Source: a virus
Lineage: Duplodnaviria; Caudoviricetes
Reading direction: 5' to 3' (one strand)
Length of the DNA stretch: 37,662 bases
IMG/VR virus record: IMGVR_UViG_3300047157_000191
Location: 1-37,662 of that record
A model generated the notes under the pieces. The model worked only from the letters and a program-made list of their open reading frames with translations, was not told where the DNA came from and made no database searches. This document shows positions 24,693 to 34,356 of this stretch, piece by piece. The first letter of the stretch is position 1, and each line of letters opens with the position of its first letter. Both the position numbers and the translations under genes were made by a program.

Positions 24693-25722
24693 CGCAGACG
24701 CTCCTCCCCCACGGGATTACGCGAAAGAAACAAGAGACACTTTGCAGGCGCAGGTAGACCTCGCACCAGAGCTCTACGCTGCAGAGGCTAGTCAAGAATA
24801 CGGCAGGCCAGCAGAGGCAAGGCTGAACCTTGAGATCCTTAGGGATGTCATGAGAGGTAGTCAAGGGACTCCCGGGCTGCTTGAGCTCTATGAGCAGGAC
24901 GTAATGCCCGGGCTCGCCAGAGCCGATGTGGCTGGTCTTGATGTCTCAAGGGAAGGCGACATAGCAGCAGTCGAAAGACTAGGCCCTAGAGCCACTGAGG
25001 CCTTCAGGCAAGCCAACCCAGAGCAGGCCGCATTAATGGCAGAGCTCAACAGGCAGGCTCAGTCTGATCTGTCTGCAGGAGCAGGGCTACCACCGTCATT
25101 GTCTCGTGAGCTTGATCAGTTCATTCGTGGGGGCCAGTCTGACCGTGGTATGGGCTACGGTATGGCAGACCTAGGTCAGGAAGCTCTTATTAAAGGAATG
25201 AATGCAGAGCAACTTCAGCGCAACCGTCGATCATTCGCTTCTCAGGTGGTAGGTCTTAATGCTGCTACTTCAGCAGATCCGTTTATGGCTATTCTTGGTA
25301 AGCCCGGTGTAGGTATGGGGGCAGCTCAAGGGTTTGCGGCGCAAGGTCAAGGTATGGTCCCACAGCAATCGTTTAACCCTGAATCAGCATACGCGGGAAG
25401 TCTTGCCGCTGGTAACTACAATGCAGAGCTCAATGCGAACATTGCATCTGCCAATGCGCGCGCTGCCGTTGCCAGTGGAGCTATGAAGTCTATGGGGTCA
25501 ATAGGATCAGCTATGATAACCAAATGCTGGGTGGCTCGAGAAGTCTATGGAGCGAATAACCCAATGTGGCTACTGTTCAGGAACTGGCTTGAAACGCAAT
25601 CACCAGTCTGGTTCCACGATCTCTACGTCAAATACGGCCAACGATTCGCTGGCTGGCTATCTAAGAATGAATGGTTGAAGCCTTCCATCAAGAAGTGGAT
25701 GGACTCACGCATTAAAAACTGA
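24679..25722 (+). CDS. internal virion/ejection protein with C-terminal CFI-box-CTERM-like domain
   Basis: MG...APPPRDY start, A/Q/G-rich helical body, then CWVAREVYG...FRNWL...LYVKYG from C283. Confidence 0.7.
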   Translation: MGLYSADAPPPRDYAKETRDTLQAQVDLAPELYAAEASQEYGRPAEARLNLEILRDVMRGSQGTPGLLELYEQDVMPGLARADVAGLDVSREGDIAAVERLGPRATEAFRQANPEQAALMAELNRQAQSDLSAGAGLPPSLSRELDQFIRGGQSDRGMGYGMADLGQEALIKGMNAEQLQRNRRSFASQVVGLNAATSADPFMAILGKPGVGMGAAQGFAAQGQGMVPQQSFNPESAYAGSLAAGNYNAELNANIASANARAAVASGAMKSMGSIGSAMITKCWVAREVYGANNPMWLLFRNWLETQSPVWFHDLYVKYGQRFAGWLSKNEWLKPSIKKWMDSRIKN

Positions 25723-25734
25723 TCGCATAATACT

Positions 25735-27171
25735 ATGGCATTTTCACAACAATCATATACAGGACAGGGAATCGTTCAGCCTACCGAGAGATCTCGTGTA
25801 GGTGAGTTTCTCGGTGAAGGACTTGCAGGGCTGGGGGCAGGTATCGGTCAAGGGATAGAAAAGTTCGCTCAAAGAAAAGAAGAGATGAAGAAGCGGGAGC
25901 AGTTCAAGAAAGGAACTATCACAGCTCTGACTGCTCTCGGTGCAGATGCAGATCTTCTTAAAGGAATGGAGGCTACAGAACTTGCGGCCTACGCTCAGAT
26001 GTATCCTCAAATTTCTGAAGGTAAGTTTTACTCAGAACTTACAGAAGCAAGGCAGAAACGAGATGTTCCTGTTGACTTTGCATCTCAAATTGATGCAGCG
26101 GAAGCGCGGCTACAGAGAGCTCAAGAGAGCGCAGGCTTTCGTCCTGAGATCACATATGCAAGTGATCAATTTCAAGCTATGCCTGATTCAGCTCAATCAT
26201 TTGCAGGGCAACCAGTCATAAGAAAACCCTTAGAAGATCGAGCTTTAAACATTTTTCTTAGAGGGAAAGAAAGCGAGGCTGCAGTTCAAGACAGGAGCAT
26301 ATACGACATGCTGCAGGAATCTAAGAATATACCAGCAGACTTTAATCCTACAGGTATACAAGGATTCGCTCCTACGAGACCGGAACCAGTAGCTGAACAA
26401 GTCTACAGGACAGCCCCAGTAAGAGGTGCTACGGAAGGCCCTGAAGCTATGCCCGGGCCTTCTGAGGCTGTAGTAAAAGCAGCCAGAGATCTTGACGCTA
26501 TCAGGATTCAAGCAGCCGAGGGTGATACTAGGTCTGAGACTTATCAGGAAATGATGAGACGAGTCTCTGAAACCATTCCTGAACTGGCAGAGAAATACCC
26601 CACGCAAGCTAAGAACCTGTATGAGATGCTTTACCCTAAGCAAGACAAGCTGACACCATCAGAGCAGATTTCAATGATGAAGCTGCAGCGCGAGGTTCAG
26701 GCAAGCGAGGTTGCTGGCTATGGTGTAGCACCATCTGTGCAGATTGCTCAGGACTTTCGTGAGTTTGCTATCCCAACAGGCGAAGGCATTGAAAAGATTC
26801 AAGAACTTATCGACATTGCGAAACAGGGCCTTGCAGGTAAGCTAAGTCCTGAAAACAGGCAGAGAGCAACTAGTATTCAGAAACGCCTTATGGGCGAGCT
26901 TAAAGAGCAAATTGTTGGTGCTGGAGCTGTTTCAGAAGGTGAATGGCAGATATTGGCAGCCGTTATACCGGATGTCACAAAGATAATGTCATTCAGCGAT
27001 GTGAACATCAAGGTTCTCAAAGAGCTTCAGAGCGACCTAAAGGGCAAACTGGAAAACAGAGCCAATGCAATTAGCTGGTCTCCACTGCAGGGAGGATCTG
27101 TAGCTGGCCAGCAGAGGCCCTCAGGAAAAAGAGTGTCATACGGAATGTCGGGTCAACCTGAATTACAGTAA
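25735..27171 (+). CDS. internal virion/ejection protein
   Basis: Gly-rich amphipathic N-terminus (GEGLAGLGAGIGQGI), helical; lies between the other ejection genes. Confidence 0.65.
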   Translation: MAFSQQSYTGQGIVQPTERSRVGEFLGEGLAGLGAGIGQGIEKFAQRKEEMKKREQFKKGTITALTALGADADLLKGMEATELAAYAQMYPQISEGKFYSELTEARQKRDVPVDFASQIDAAEARLQRAQESAGFRPEITYASDQFQAMPDSAQSFAGQPVIRKPLEDRALNIFLRGKESEAAVQDRSIYDMLQESKNIPADFNPTGIQGFAPTRPEPVAEQVYRTAPVRGATEGPEAMPGPSEAVVKAARDLDAIRIQAAEGDTRSETYQEMMRRVSETIPELAEKYPTQAKNLYEMLYPKQDKLTPSEQISMMKLQREVQASEVAGYGVAPSVQIAQDFREFAIPTGEGIEKIQELIDIAKQGLAGKLSPENRQRATSIQKRLMGELKEQIVGAGAVSEGEWQILAAVIPDVTKIMSFSDVNIKVLKELQSDLKGKLENRANAISWSPLQGGSVAGQQRPSGKRVSYGMSGQPELQ

Positions 27172-30100
27172 TGCAAGAACTCTACCTTGAAGATTACGAT
27201 GTCAACTTAGAGTTCCCGGACGAAATGTCTGAGGACAAGATCAAAGACATCATTAAGCGGGATTACCCTGAACCAGACGAAAAACTGGTAGCTCGATTCG
27301 AGAACCCAGAAACGCCATCGTCCTCTCTTACACGGGAGGACTTTGTCCGTTATAAGGCTGTGAAGCCTGAGATGCAGTGGTCAGAGTTTCCCGGTCTTAT
27401 AGCTCAAGCCGCTGGTGTAACTGTTCAGAGAATCGCAGAGAATCTCCCTGCGGCCATAGGCACATACCTCAACATATTTGATCCCGGCACTTCTGCTCGC
27501 ACCTTTATGGAGGGAGCTGCCAGAGGAGCCTATGACACAGAGATCCTCGGCAGGATGGCTAATGACTATCTGGGATCGAAGCTGGATTCATTCGGGGGAA
27601 CAAGCGAGAACGAGACTACTGATCAGTTCAACAACTTTCTCAAACTCAAAGAACTTCAGAATGTCAGGGGTGGTATCGAGCGAGGTGAGGAGTCTGCGTG
27701 GAATGAATACGCAGAGTTTGCTGGACTGGACGCAGCAAAGATTGACCTCGAGAAAGTAGATACCAAGGCCGCAGAGCTCACGGGTGAATTTATTGACCCC
27801 AGTCTTTTAGTCCCTGCAGGCAAGGTAGGGTCAATTGCCGCTAAAGGTATTACTAAGGGGCTATCTGCCCCGACAATTGCAATGGGTAAAGGGCTGTCAA
27901 GAGCGGCAGACCTGAGCAGAGACGCAATTGAACGAGGCAAGAACATTGTCAAGGGAGCTTCAGAAACAATCGATGAAGCAACAGGCGGCCTAGGAAACTT
28001 GGCAGTTCCCGGCGGGGTAGCTGCAGCGGTAGCAGGCGGCATTGTTGGAGCAGGCACAGCTAAGACTTTTGGCACAGTGCTGGCAGCTCCTACTATCCTT
28101 GATGTCTCAGGAGGACTTCTGCGCGGCTTCGGAGAGGCAATGTCCAGCAGTCCTACAAGGACAGGTGGTCTGGGCAGACTAGCTTTACATCAGCCTGACA
28201 CAGTCGCAGGTAAACTTGCAGGAAGACTGAAGTGGCTGGATAAACCTGTTGAGTATGCAGGCAGAGCTACCGCTGGTGCTGCAGTAGGTGCAGGAATTGG
28301 CGGCGCTATAGGATTGGCCTCAGGAGGCCTCGAGGGCCTCGCGCAGGGTATTGGGTCTGGCGGCGTTCTCGGTGCCTTTGGTGGTGGCGTAGGGAGGGCC
28401 GCAGAGGGCCTGACAGGGTCAGCACTCCGCAGAGCTCAAGACAATGATTTTAATCAGTGGATCGAGACCAAAACCCCAGAAGACAGAGTGAGGCTTGAGA
28501 AACTTTCCAGAGAAGACAAGATTGCTCGAATGGACGCAGAGCAGATCTTGTTGCAGTCATCTGTCGAAGTCAGGCATGTGGATCCTGACTTTGTTGTGGA
28601 TGAAAAAGGCACCAAGATGGGCGAGGCAAGCGGCATGATGCGTATCGAGGCAGGCAAGCCAGTTGTGTTCCTGAACACGAACGCAGGCACACGCACAATG
28701 ATTCATGAGACTCTGCACGCTCTAGGCAGGCTCGACGGATTTGACACGCTCGTCTCAAACGTGAAGAACACTTTCCAAAGAATGTATTCTGCTGAAGAAA
28801 TGAACAATTTCATTCAGCAATATGAGAAGCGTCTGGATTCAGAGATTGGCGTTGATCCTCAAAGAGCTCAGAAACTAAAGGACGCAGGATCCACTGACGC
28901 AAAGGTGGACTACATTCTTGAGGAGCTGGCCGCAGAATATTTTGCAAACTACATCACAGGAAAGAACAGCAACTACATCTTTTCAGGTAACAGCTTTTCA
29001 GAATCACTGAAAGGTGCTTTCTCTCGGTTCACCAAAGGTAAACTTGACCGAGTCTATGACGCATTCCAGAGCCCTATCTTCGATCAACAGATCAAGCAGT
29101 CTCGACAGCTCGACAGAGCTATGAAGGATCTGGTCAGGGCTCGAAAGAAAGCAGGCAGGGACGTTGAGACATCGCTGGACGAGCCTGTAAAAGTTTACTC
29201 GGATGCTGACCTTGCAGATGACGCTACCTTCGCAGAGCTCGAGGCGATGGGAGTCGCAAAGACTGATGCTAAAGGCAAGCGGTTCATCATGAAGGATGCT
29301 GAACAGAAGCGTGTGGCCAAAGAGAGAGCTACAACTATCGGTGGCATCCTAGACAACGTAAGCGACTCTGAAGGCGGCCTCATCAAACAGCCAGACGGCA
29401 GCTACAAGGGGACTAGGTTTAGTGCGGGACAGCTCAAGGCATTGCTGGATTCCCCGCTGATCAATGACACTATCAAGGAAGCCTTGAGGCAGCTTGATAA
29501 AGTTTCTCAGTCAGATCAATACGCCAACTTTACTTACGGCGCTTCCACGATGAAGACTAAGCTAGGCAAGACCCGCGCAAGGAACTTGCCTATCAGCAAT
29601 CGTAACGGCCTGATGTATGACATTGTCATCAGCCCCAAAACAGGAACTATTGCTGGTAGGATTCTTGACATGAGCACTACTGAAACCAGAGCCAGTAGAC
29701 TCTACAGGGAGAGCGCAGAGATGCAGAAGGTCTTCGGGTCCGAGGCTAACATGTTTGCAGACCTGCACACATACATCAACGCCCTGACTGCTGGTGAAAA
29801 GCGCACAGCAGAAATTCTAGACAGTCAACGCAAGAGCGACTTTCTTAACAAGATTCTAGCTATTAGAAACGTCAAGGGTAACCCTGAGATACCGCAGGTA
29901 GAGCTTACACCCAGACAGAGAAGACTACAGGAAGGCAAGCAGGATCACCCGTGGAGATCGTTCCGTCTTGATCGTATTGTTGCTATGCAGCAGAAGGAAG
30001 GAAGGCCAGTCATGTCATTCTCTGAGGCTGCCTACCAGAGAGGTCAGGGACATTTCCAGCCTTCCCCTAATTCTGTCAGCGTATCTTCTACTCCTTACAC

Positions 30101-33100
30101 ACCAGCTACAAACGGCGGCGTAACTAGAGAGCCCGGGATCATACGGTTCATCCCTGCATACCACGGAACTCCCCATAAGTTTGATGAGTTTAGTATGTCA
30201 AGAATAGGAACGGGTGAGGGTGCATCTGCTTTCGGGTATGGACTGTATTTTACAGAAACCAGAAAAATAGCTGAACATTACAGAGATAATTTGACTCCTG
30301 ACTTAATCGTGAACGGTGAGATGATGCCAGTATACAGTCTGGTATACGGGGACCCCTTAGGGGCAGACGTTCATGTCATGATTAGAAACTACTTTGAGAG
30401 TGTTAAATCAGGTAGGTACAGGAAGGAGCGTCTTGACGAGATGAAGCGAGACATACAAATGAAACTCATCAAAATAAAGGAAGGAAGAGCCTTTGTAAGC
30501 AGTGGAGTCGAAAAACTTGATGACTTCTTCTACAGGAATAACCGAGCGAGCAGAGGTGACATTGAAGACCCTAAAGGGTATTTGTATGAGGTTGATTTTG
30601 ACGTAGATGATGTAAGCCTCTTGCGATGGGATGACAATTACGACAGTCAGCCCGATTACGTAAAGGAATCTATTAAGCGCATAGGGGATTCAAACGGCAT
30701 CACGAGCGAGAACTATAGACAGGTTATTGATAGGGGAGTGGAGCTTGTGAGTTATACAAGAAATCAAGAAAGTTCTAATACTCCAGAGCACGCTGTTTTT
30801 TTAGATTATTACAACTCAACGAAACACAAGCTGGCAAAACTTTACAAAGAGATACACGGTCTTGGCTTTGGGAGCAGGCCTTTGAGGCAAAAACTTACTG
30901 GAAAAAGAATTTATGAAATGCTTGAGCCAAACGATTTATTTAAAACTGACCGTCAACTCGGCGCTACAAATGTGCTAAAGAACTTTGGCATTAAGGGCAT
31001 AAAATACAAAGACGGTTTCTCAAGAAAACCCAGAGGCAAAGAACAGGTTGCATTCAATTACGTAGCTTTCGATGGTGCAGACATCAAGGTCAAATATAGG
31101 AACGGCAAAGAGGTTCGCCTTTCTCCTAAGGAGGAAATTAAATCTTCACCTGCAGACATCAGGTTCTCTCCTGAGCCTGACAGCCCCGCAGAGGTCAGGA
31201 AACAGATGCAGGAGCCCGTTGAGTCTGGCACTCCTATGAATGGAGTGTTCACGCTGACGCCCGATGTCATAGCCAGATTCAGTCCCGCAGTAAATGATCC
31301 CGGCGTCAACCTTGAGCAGCTAAACGGCAAAAAAGTTTTCTTCATGTTTGCTGACCGCATGCTGGTTGGTGACTACGTCACTCGGTCAGGTAGAGTATTT
31401 AAACTGAGAGGAGGGCCTGATCACCCAGACCTTGCAGACAATCAAGGTAAGCTTGCGTGGGCTGTTGAAGGAGGGGCTGTAGGACCAAGACTCGACAGGG
31501 CTATCAGGATGACTGACGGTATCGGAATTGTTGTTCTTCAAGATGAGCTGGCAGTTGCATCGAACAAAGACTACTCGGAGGTCATGATGGAAGAGCTGAA
31601 GTTTGATATGGAGAACAACCCGGCAGTCAAAAGAGACCTGAAAGAGTTGCTTGAAGACATGTCTGCCGCGATCCGTCAAACAATCAAGAAAAACAGACTC
31701 AGTAAAGACTCCAGAGAAAAGAAGGCCGCAGAAAAAGCAGGCAAAAAATTTACCGAATCAAAGCCTAAGAAATGGGAGACGATTGAAATTAAAAGCCTTA
31801 AAGATCTTGAAAGCATTTTTCCAGAAATGCCTTTCGAGGTTAGAAAGACTATGTGGCAAAAGTTTGCGTCTAAGAAATACAAAGACAAATACGGAGGCAT
31901 TTTCTGGAAGGATGTTGCCGAAGGCATGTCCGCTTACAGGGAGAAAGACGGTTACAGAACTGGTGACGTTGTGAAGGCAATTCAGTTCGATCAATCGGGG
32001 CCATCATCGATAGTTGATCCTCGTGACTTAGGGTTACCTATTCATCCTTCTTACAGGTTTGGCGTTCTTGGAAAATCAATTTCTAACATTAGAGGTAGGT
32101 TGAGCGTTTTTGATATTCTGCGAAAACAATTTGAAAGCAGGGTTGACCCAGTAACAGGAGAACCAAAGTTAGATCAAAGAATTTCTAAAGAAGGGGATGT
32201 AGGAAAATCGTCTTTCAGGACGTTGAGCATGAGAAGCTTAACTGATCCAGATTTTCAACCGAAGATTGGCCCCAAAACTCTTGACCCTCGCACGTATAAA
32301 AGCCCTGTAAAACAAAAGTTCAAAGGTGGAGTGGCTAGAGTGAAAGCAATGGAGAAAGCCCGAAAGGACGCCAATAAGTTTTCTCCTGCGATGGACCCTC
32401 TACCTGCAAGCGCGGAGACCCAAAGGTCTGACGTTACTTCTCGAAGCTACGAAAAATTCAGTGGCATGATTGACGATGAAGTCACTGTGCTCGATGCAGG
32501 CGCTGGAGAGGGCGCAGGATCGAGGATTATGAGAAAAGGTAACAGGACAGTAGACACGCTGGAACCGTTCCCTTACGGCCCCTCAGGGGATAACAGAGCT
32601 AACTGGAAGGATGACCAGTCTCCTACTTATCTGGCTATGGATGAAGTTCCATCAGACAGCTATGATGTCATATCATCTTTCTCTGTTGTCAACGTATTGA
32701 AGCCAGAGCAAAGAACTGATCTCATACAGGGAATTGGTAGAGCTCTAAAACCCGGCGGCAAGGCTCATATCAAGTCAAGGACACCGGGAGATGTGAGGGC
32801 AGCCAAGTCTAAGAAATCTGCAGGAGAGAAGAACGCTTACCTAGTAAAGCAGAAGTCCGGTGACTTCGCGTATCAGGTAGGCTTCACTCAGGGAGGATTG
32901 AAGTCAGAAATCCAGAACACACTCGGAGACGGATTCACTGTCGAGAGCGGGAAGGGACTTGCGGGATCCTACGTGGTTGTAACAAAGTCAGGAACAGGAA
33001 GCGGAGGAGCTAAGTTCTCCCCGGCAAGATCTCTCAACAACCGAGGAGGAGCCGTTTATAACACCCCAGAAGGCCACAGGGCTGTGCAGACATCCAGCCG

Positions 33101-33191
33101 CGCAGGAGTAAGGGTCTATGGCCCAACAGGACGCCGTATAGGCCCTGTGTTTGGATCCGTTGAAGCAGCCGAGCGGTATCTAAGCAAGTAA
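27171..33191 (+). CDS. large polyvalent internal virion protein (membrane region, zincin, ADP-ribosyltransferase, SAM methyltransferase)
   Basis: LEFPDEMS N-terminus; Gly/Ala hydrophobic segments; HETLH (512-516) plus E584; YHGT...GLYFT...YEV...NYVAFD; VLDAGAGEG...LKPGG. Confidence 0.85.
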   Translation: MQELYLEDYDVNLEFPDEMSEDKIKDIIKRDYPEPDEKLVARFENPETPSSSLTREDFVRYKAVKPEMQWSEFPGLIAQAAGVTVQRIAENLPAAIGTYLNIFDPGTSARTFMEGAARGAYDTEILGRMANDYLGSKLDSFGGTSENETTDQFNNFLKLKELQNVRGGIERGEESAWNEYAEFAGLDAAKIDLEKVDTKAAELTGEFIDPSLLVPAGKVGSIAAKGITKGLSAPTIAMGKGLSRAADLSRDAIERGKNIVKGASETIDEATGGLGNLAVPGGVAAAVAGGIVGAGTAKTFGTVLAAPTILDVSGGLLRGFGEAMSSSPTRTGGLGRLALHQPDTVAGKLAGRLKWLDKPVEYAGRATAGAAVGAGIGGAIGLASGGLEGLAQGIGSGGVLGAFGGGVGRAAEGLTGSALRRAQDNDFNQWIETKTPEDRVRLEKLSREDKIARMDAEQILLQSSVEVRHVDPDFVVDEKGTKMGEASGMMRIEAGKPVVFLNTNAGTRTMIHETLHALGRLDGFDTLVSNVKNTFQRMYSAEEMNNFIQQYEKRLDSEIGVDPQRAQKLKDAGSTDAKVDYILEELAAEYFANYITGKNSNYIFSGNSFSESLKGAFSRFTKGKLDRVYDAFQSPIFDQQIKQSRQLDRAMKDLVRARKKAGRDVETSLDEPVKVYSDADLADDATFAELEAMGVAKTDAKGKRFIMKDAEQKRVAKERATTIGGILDNVSDSEGGLIKQPDGSYKGTRFSAGQLKALLDSPLINDTIKEALRQLDKVSQSDQYANFTYGASTMKTKLGKTRARNLPISNRNGLMYDIVISPKTGTIAGRILDMSTTETRASRLYRESAEMQKVFGSEANMFADLHTYINALTAGEKRTAEILDSQRKSDFLNKILAIRNVKGNPEIPQVELTPRQRRLQEGKQDHPWRSFRLDRIVAMQQKEGRPVMSFSEAAYQRGQGHFQPSPNSVSVSSTPYTPATNGGVTREPGIIRFIPAYHGTPHKFDEFSMSRIGTGEGASAFGYGLYFTETRKIAEHYRDNLTPDLIVNGEMMPVYSLVYGDPLGADVHVMIRNYFESVKSGRYRKERLDEMKRDIQMKLIKIKEGRAFVSSGVEKLDDFFYRNNRASRGDIEDPKGYLYEVDFDVDDVSLLRWDDNYDSQPDYVKESIKRIGDSNGITSENYRQVIDRGVELVSYTRNQESSNTPEHAVFLDYYNSTKHKLAKLYKEIHGLGFGSRPLRQKLTGKRIYEMLEPNDLFKTDRQLGATNVLKNFGIKGIKYKDGFSRKPRGKEQVAFNYVAFDGADIKVKYRNGKEVRLSPKEEIKSSPADIRFSPEPDSPAEVRKQMQEPVESGTPMNGVFTLTPDVIARFSPAVNDPGVNLEQLNGKKVFFMFADRMLVGDYVTRSGRVFKLRGGPDHPDLADNQGKLAWAVEGGAVGPRLDRAIRMTDGIGIVVLQDELAVASNKDYSEVMMEELKFDMENNPAVKRDLKELLEDMSAAIRQTIKKNRLSKDSREKKAAEKAGKKFTESKPKKWETIEIKSLKDLESIFPEMPFEVRKTMWQKFASKKYKDKYGGIFWKDVAEGMSAYREKDGYRTGDVVKAIQFDQSGPSSIVDPRDLGLPIHPSYRFGVLGKSISNIRGRLSVFDILRKQFESRVDPVTGEPKLDQRISKEGDVGKSSFRTLSMRSLTDPDFQPKIGPKTLDPRTYKSPVKQKFKGGVARVKAMEKARKDANKFSPAMDPLPASAETQRSDVTSRSYEKFSGMIDDEVTVLDAGAGEGAGSRIMRKGNRTVDTLEPFPYGPSGDNRANWKDDQSPTYLAMDEVPSDSYDVISSFSVVNVLKPEQRTDLIQGIGRALKPGGKAHIKSRTPGDVRAAKSKKSAGEKNAYLVKQKSGDFAYQVGFTQGGLKSEIQNTLGDGFTVESGKGLAGSYVVVTKSGTGSGGAKFSPARSLNNRGGAVYNTPEGHRAVQTSSRAGVRVYGPTGRRIGPVFGSVEAAERYLSK

Positions 33192-33194
33192 CAC

Positions 33195-33227
33195 AAAAAA
33201 ACCCGCAGGGCCAATACACCCTGCGGG
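33195..33227 (-). terminator. intrinsic terminator
   Basis: 9-bp stem CCCGCAGGG/CCCTGCGGG with a T7 tract on the minus strand, between convergent genes. Confidence 0.8.
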
Positions 33228-33336
33228 AAGACATAATCCACTAACGAAGTTGCACCGCGACAAATAACCAAAAAACGCGACACAGTTCTTCTTTTAGTAG
33301 CTTTGCTTTAAGATGTCAAAACTTTTATTTCAGCAC

Positions 33337-34356
33337 TTAAGGAAGTATCTGAGACAGGAACTTCTTAGCATCTTCCGCTTCTTTCTCGTAAGAGATCAAA
33401 TCAAGAAATCTTTTACGACTGTTGATTCCCATAGCGGTAGCTACTTCAGGGTTCATCCACTTCCGTATTGCTTCGCAATTCTCGCTGTCCGTGCCTGAGT
33501 CTATGTCGATGCAGTTGTGACCGGGTTCAAATAACTTGTCTGCGAGCTCCCCCCATTTGTGATGCTCTGTCATGTTAGTTATCACTGCCCTGCCTGAATA
33601 CATCCAGCCCATATTGGAATGTCCTAGGCCGCCAAAAACTTTAGTAGTCCAGCCCAGAGTTGACTGCCTCATTTTCTCATAGACTCCATCAGTCCCGTGC
33701 AGCAATCCGTCAGGGCAATCGACTCCGTAATATTTAAAGTCAAATTCAGGAAGGAGTTTCTTATACTTATGATACAGCTCAGGGAACATGTAGCCGCTGG
33801 TTACGCTATGAATATTCTTAGAGTTGTCTGGAATATCTTCGTGCCTGTATATGCCCGTGTTAATCTCTTGATTCACCAGCACATCAATATCACTGCCGCC
33901 GGGATGAGGAACTGACCTTATGACGTTTCCTAGGACCTCTCTTCGATCAATATTTCCTACATGACACACTAGAGTTGACTTTGGTTTAACCTGAGAAACC
34001 AGATCCTTCCACGCATCGTAATGACACCAATGAGTAGGCATTACAACATCGAACTTCATGCCTTCAAACACATCAAATTCCACTGCCTTCTGATAGTATT
34101 TATGACACTTATTCCATATGTGGTGTACTCCGTCTTCCAGCTTATATTTTTCACAGAACGGGTGGTCTCCAGAATTCGGTTCTAGGTATTGCTTAAACAA
34201 TGAGTCGCAACCGTGAGCCTTATTCATTGTCCAGTAACCTTTCTCTGCCCACTTCATCCCTAGCGGCGTGTAAAGCTGCCAGCCCAGTCTCTTCTCAAAC
34301 AGGCAGTGCAGCGAATAAAGTAAGTCTCTATGATGTGTGTCTACTAGTATTTTCAT
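33337..34356 (-). CDS. glycosyltransferase-like protein (divergent GT-B)
   Basis: MKILVD start; GGLGHSNMGWMYSGRAVI in the GT-B signature position; coupled to a clearer GT gene. Confidence 0.6.
   Translation of the reverse strand: MKILVDTHHRDLLYSLHCLFEKRLGWQLYTPLGMKWAEKGYWTMNKAHGCDSLFKQYLEPNSGDHPFCEKYKLEDGVHHIWNKCHKYYQKAVEFDVFEGMKFDVVMPTHWCHYDAWKDLVSQVKPKSTLVCHVGNIDRREVLGNVIRSVPHPGGSDIDVLVNQEINTGIYRHEDIPDNSKNIHSVTSGYMFPELYHKYKKLLPEFDFKYYGVDCPDGLLHGTDGVYEKMRQSTLGWTTKVFGGLGHSNMGWMYSGRAVITNMTEHHKWGELADKLFEPGHNCIDIDSGTDSENCEAIRKWMNPEVATAMGINSRKRFLDLISYEKEAEDAKKFLSQILP

Noticed and set aside
25525-25722. Intein/Hint domain
   Set aside because: Cys-led but only 65 aa, helical-looking and without the terminal HN motif.
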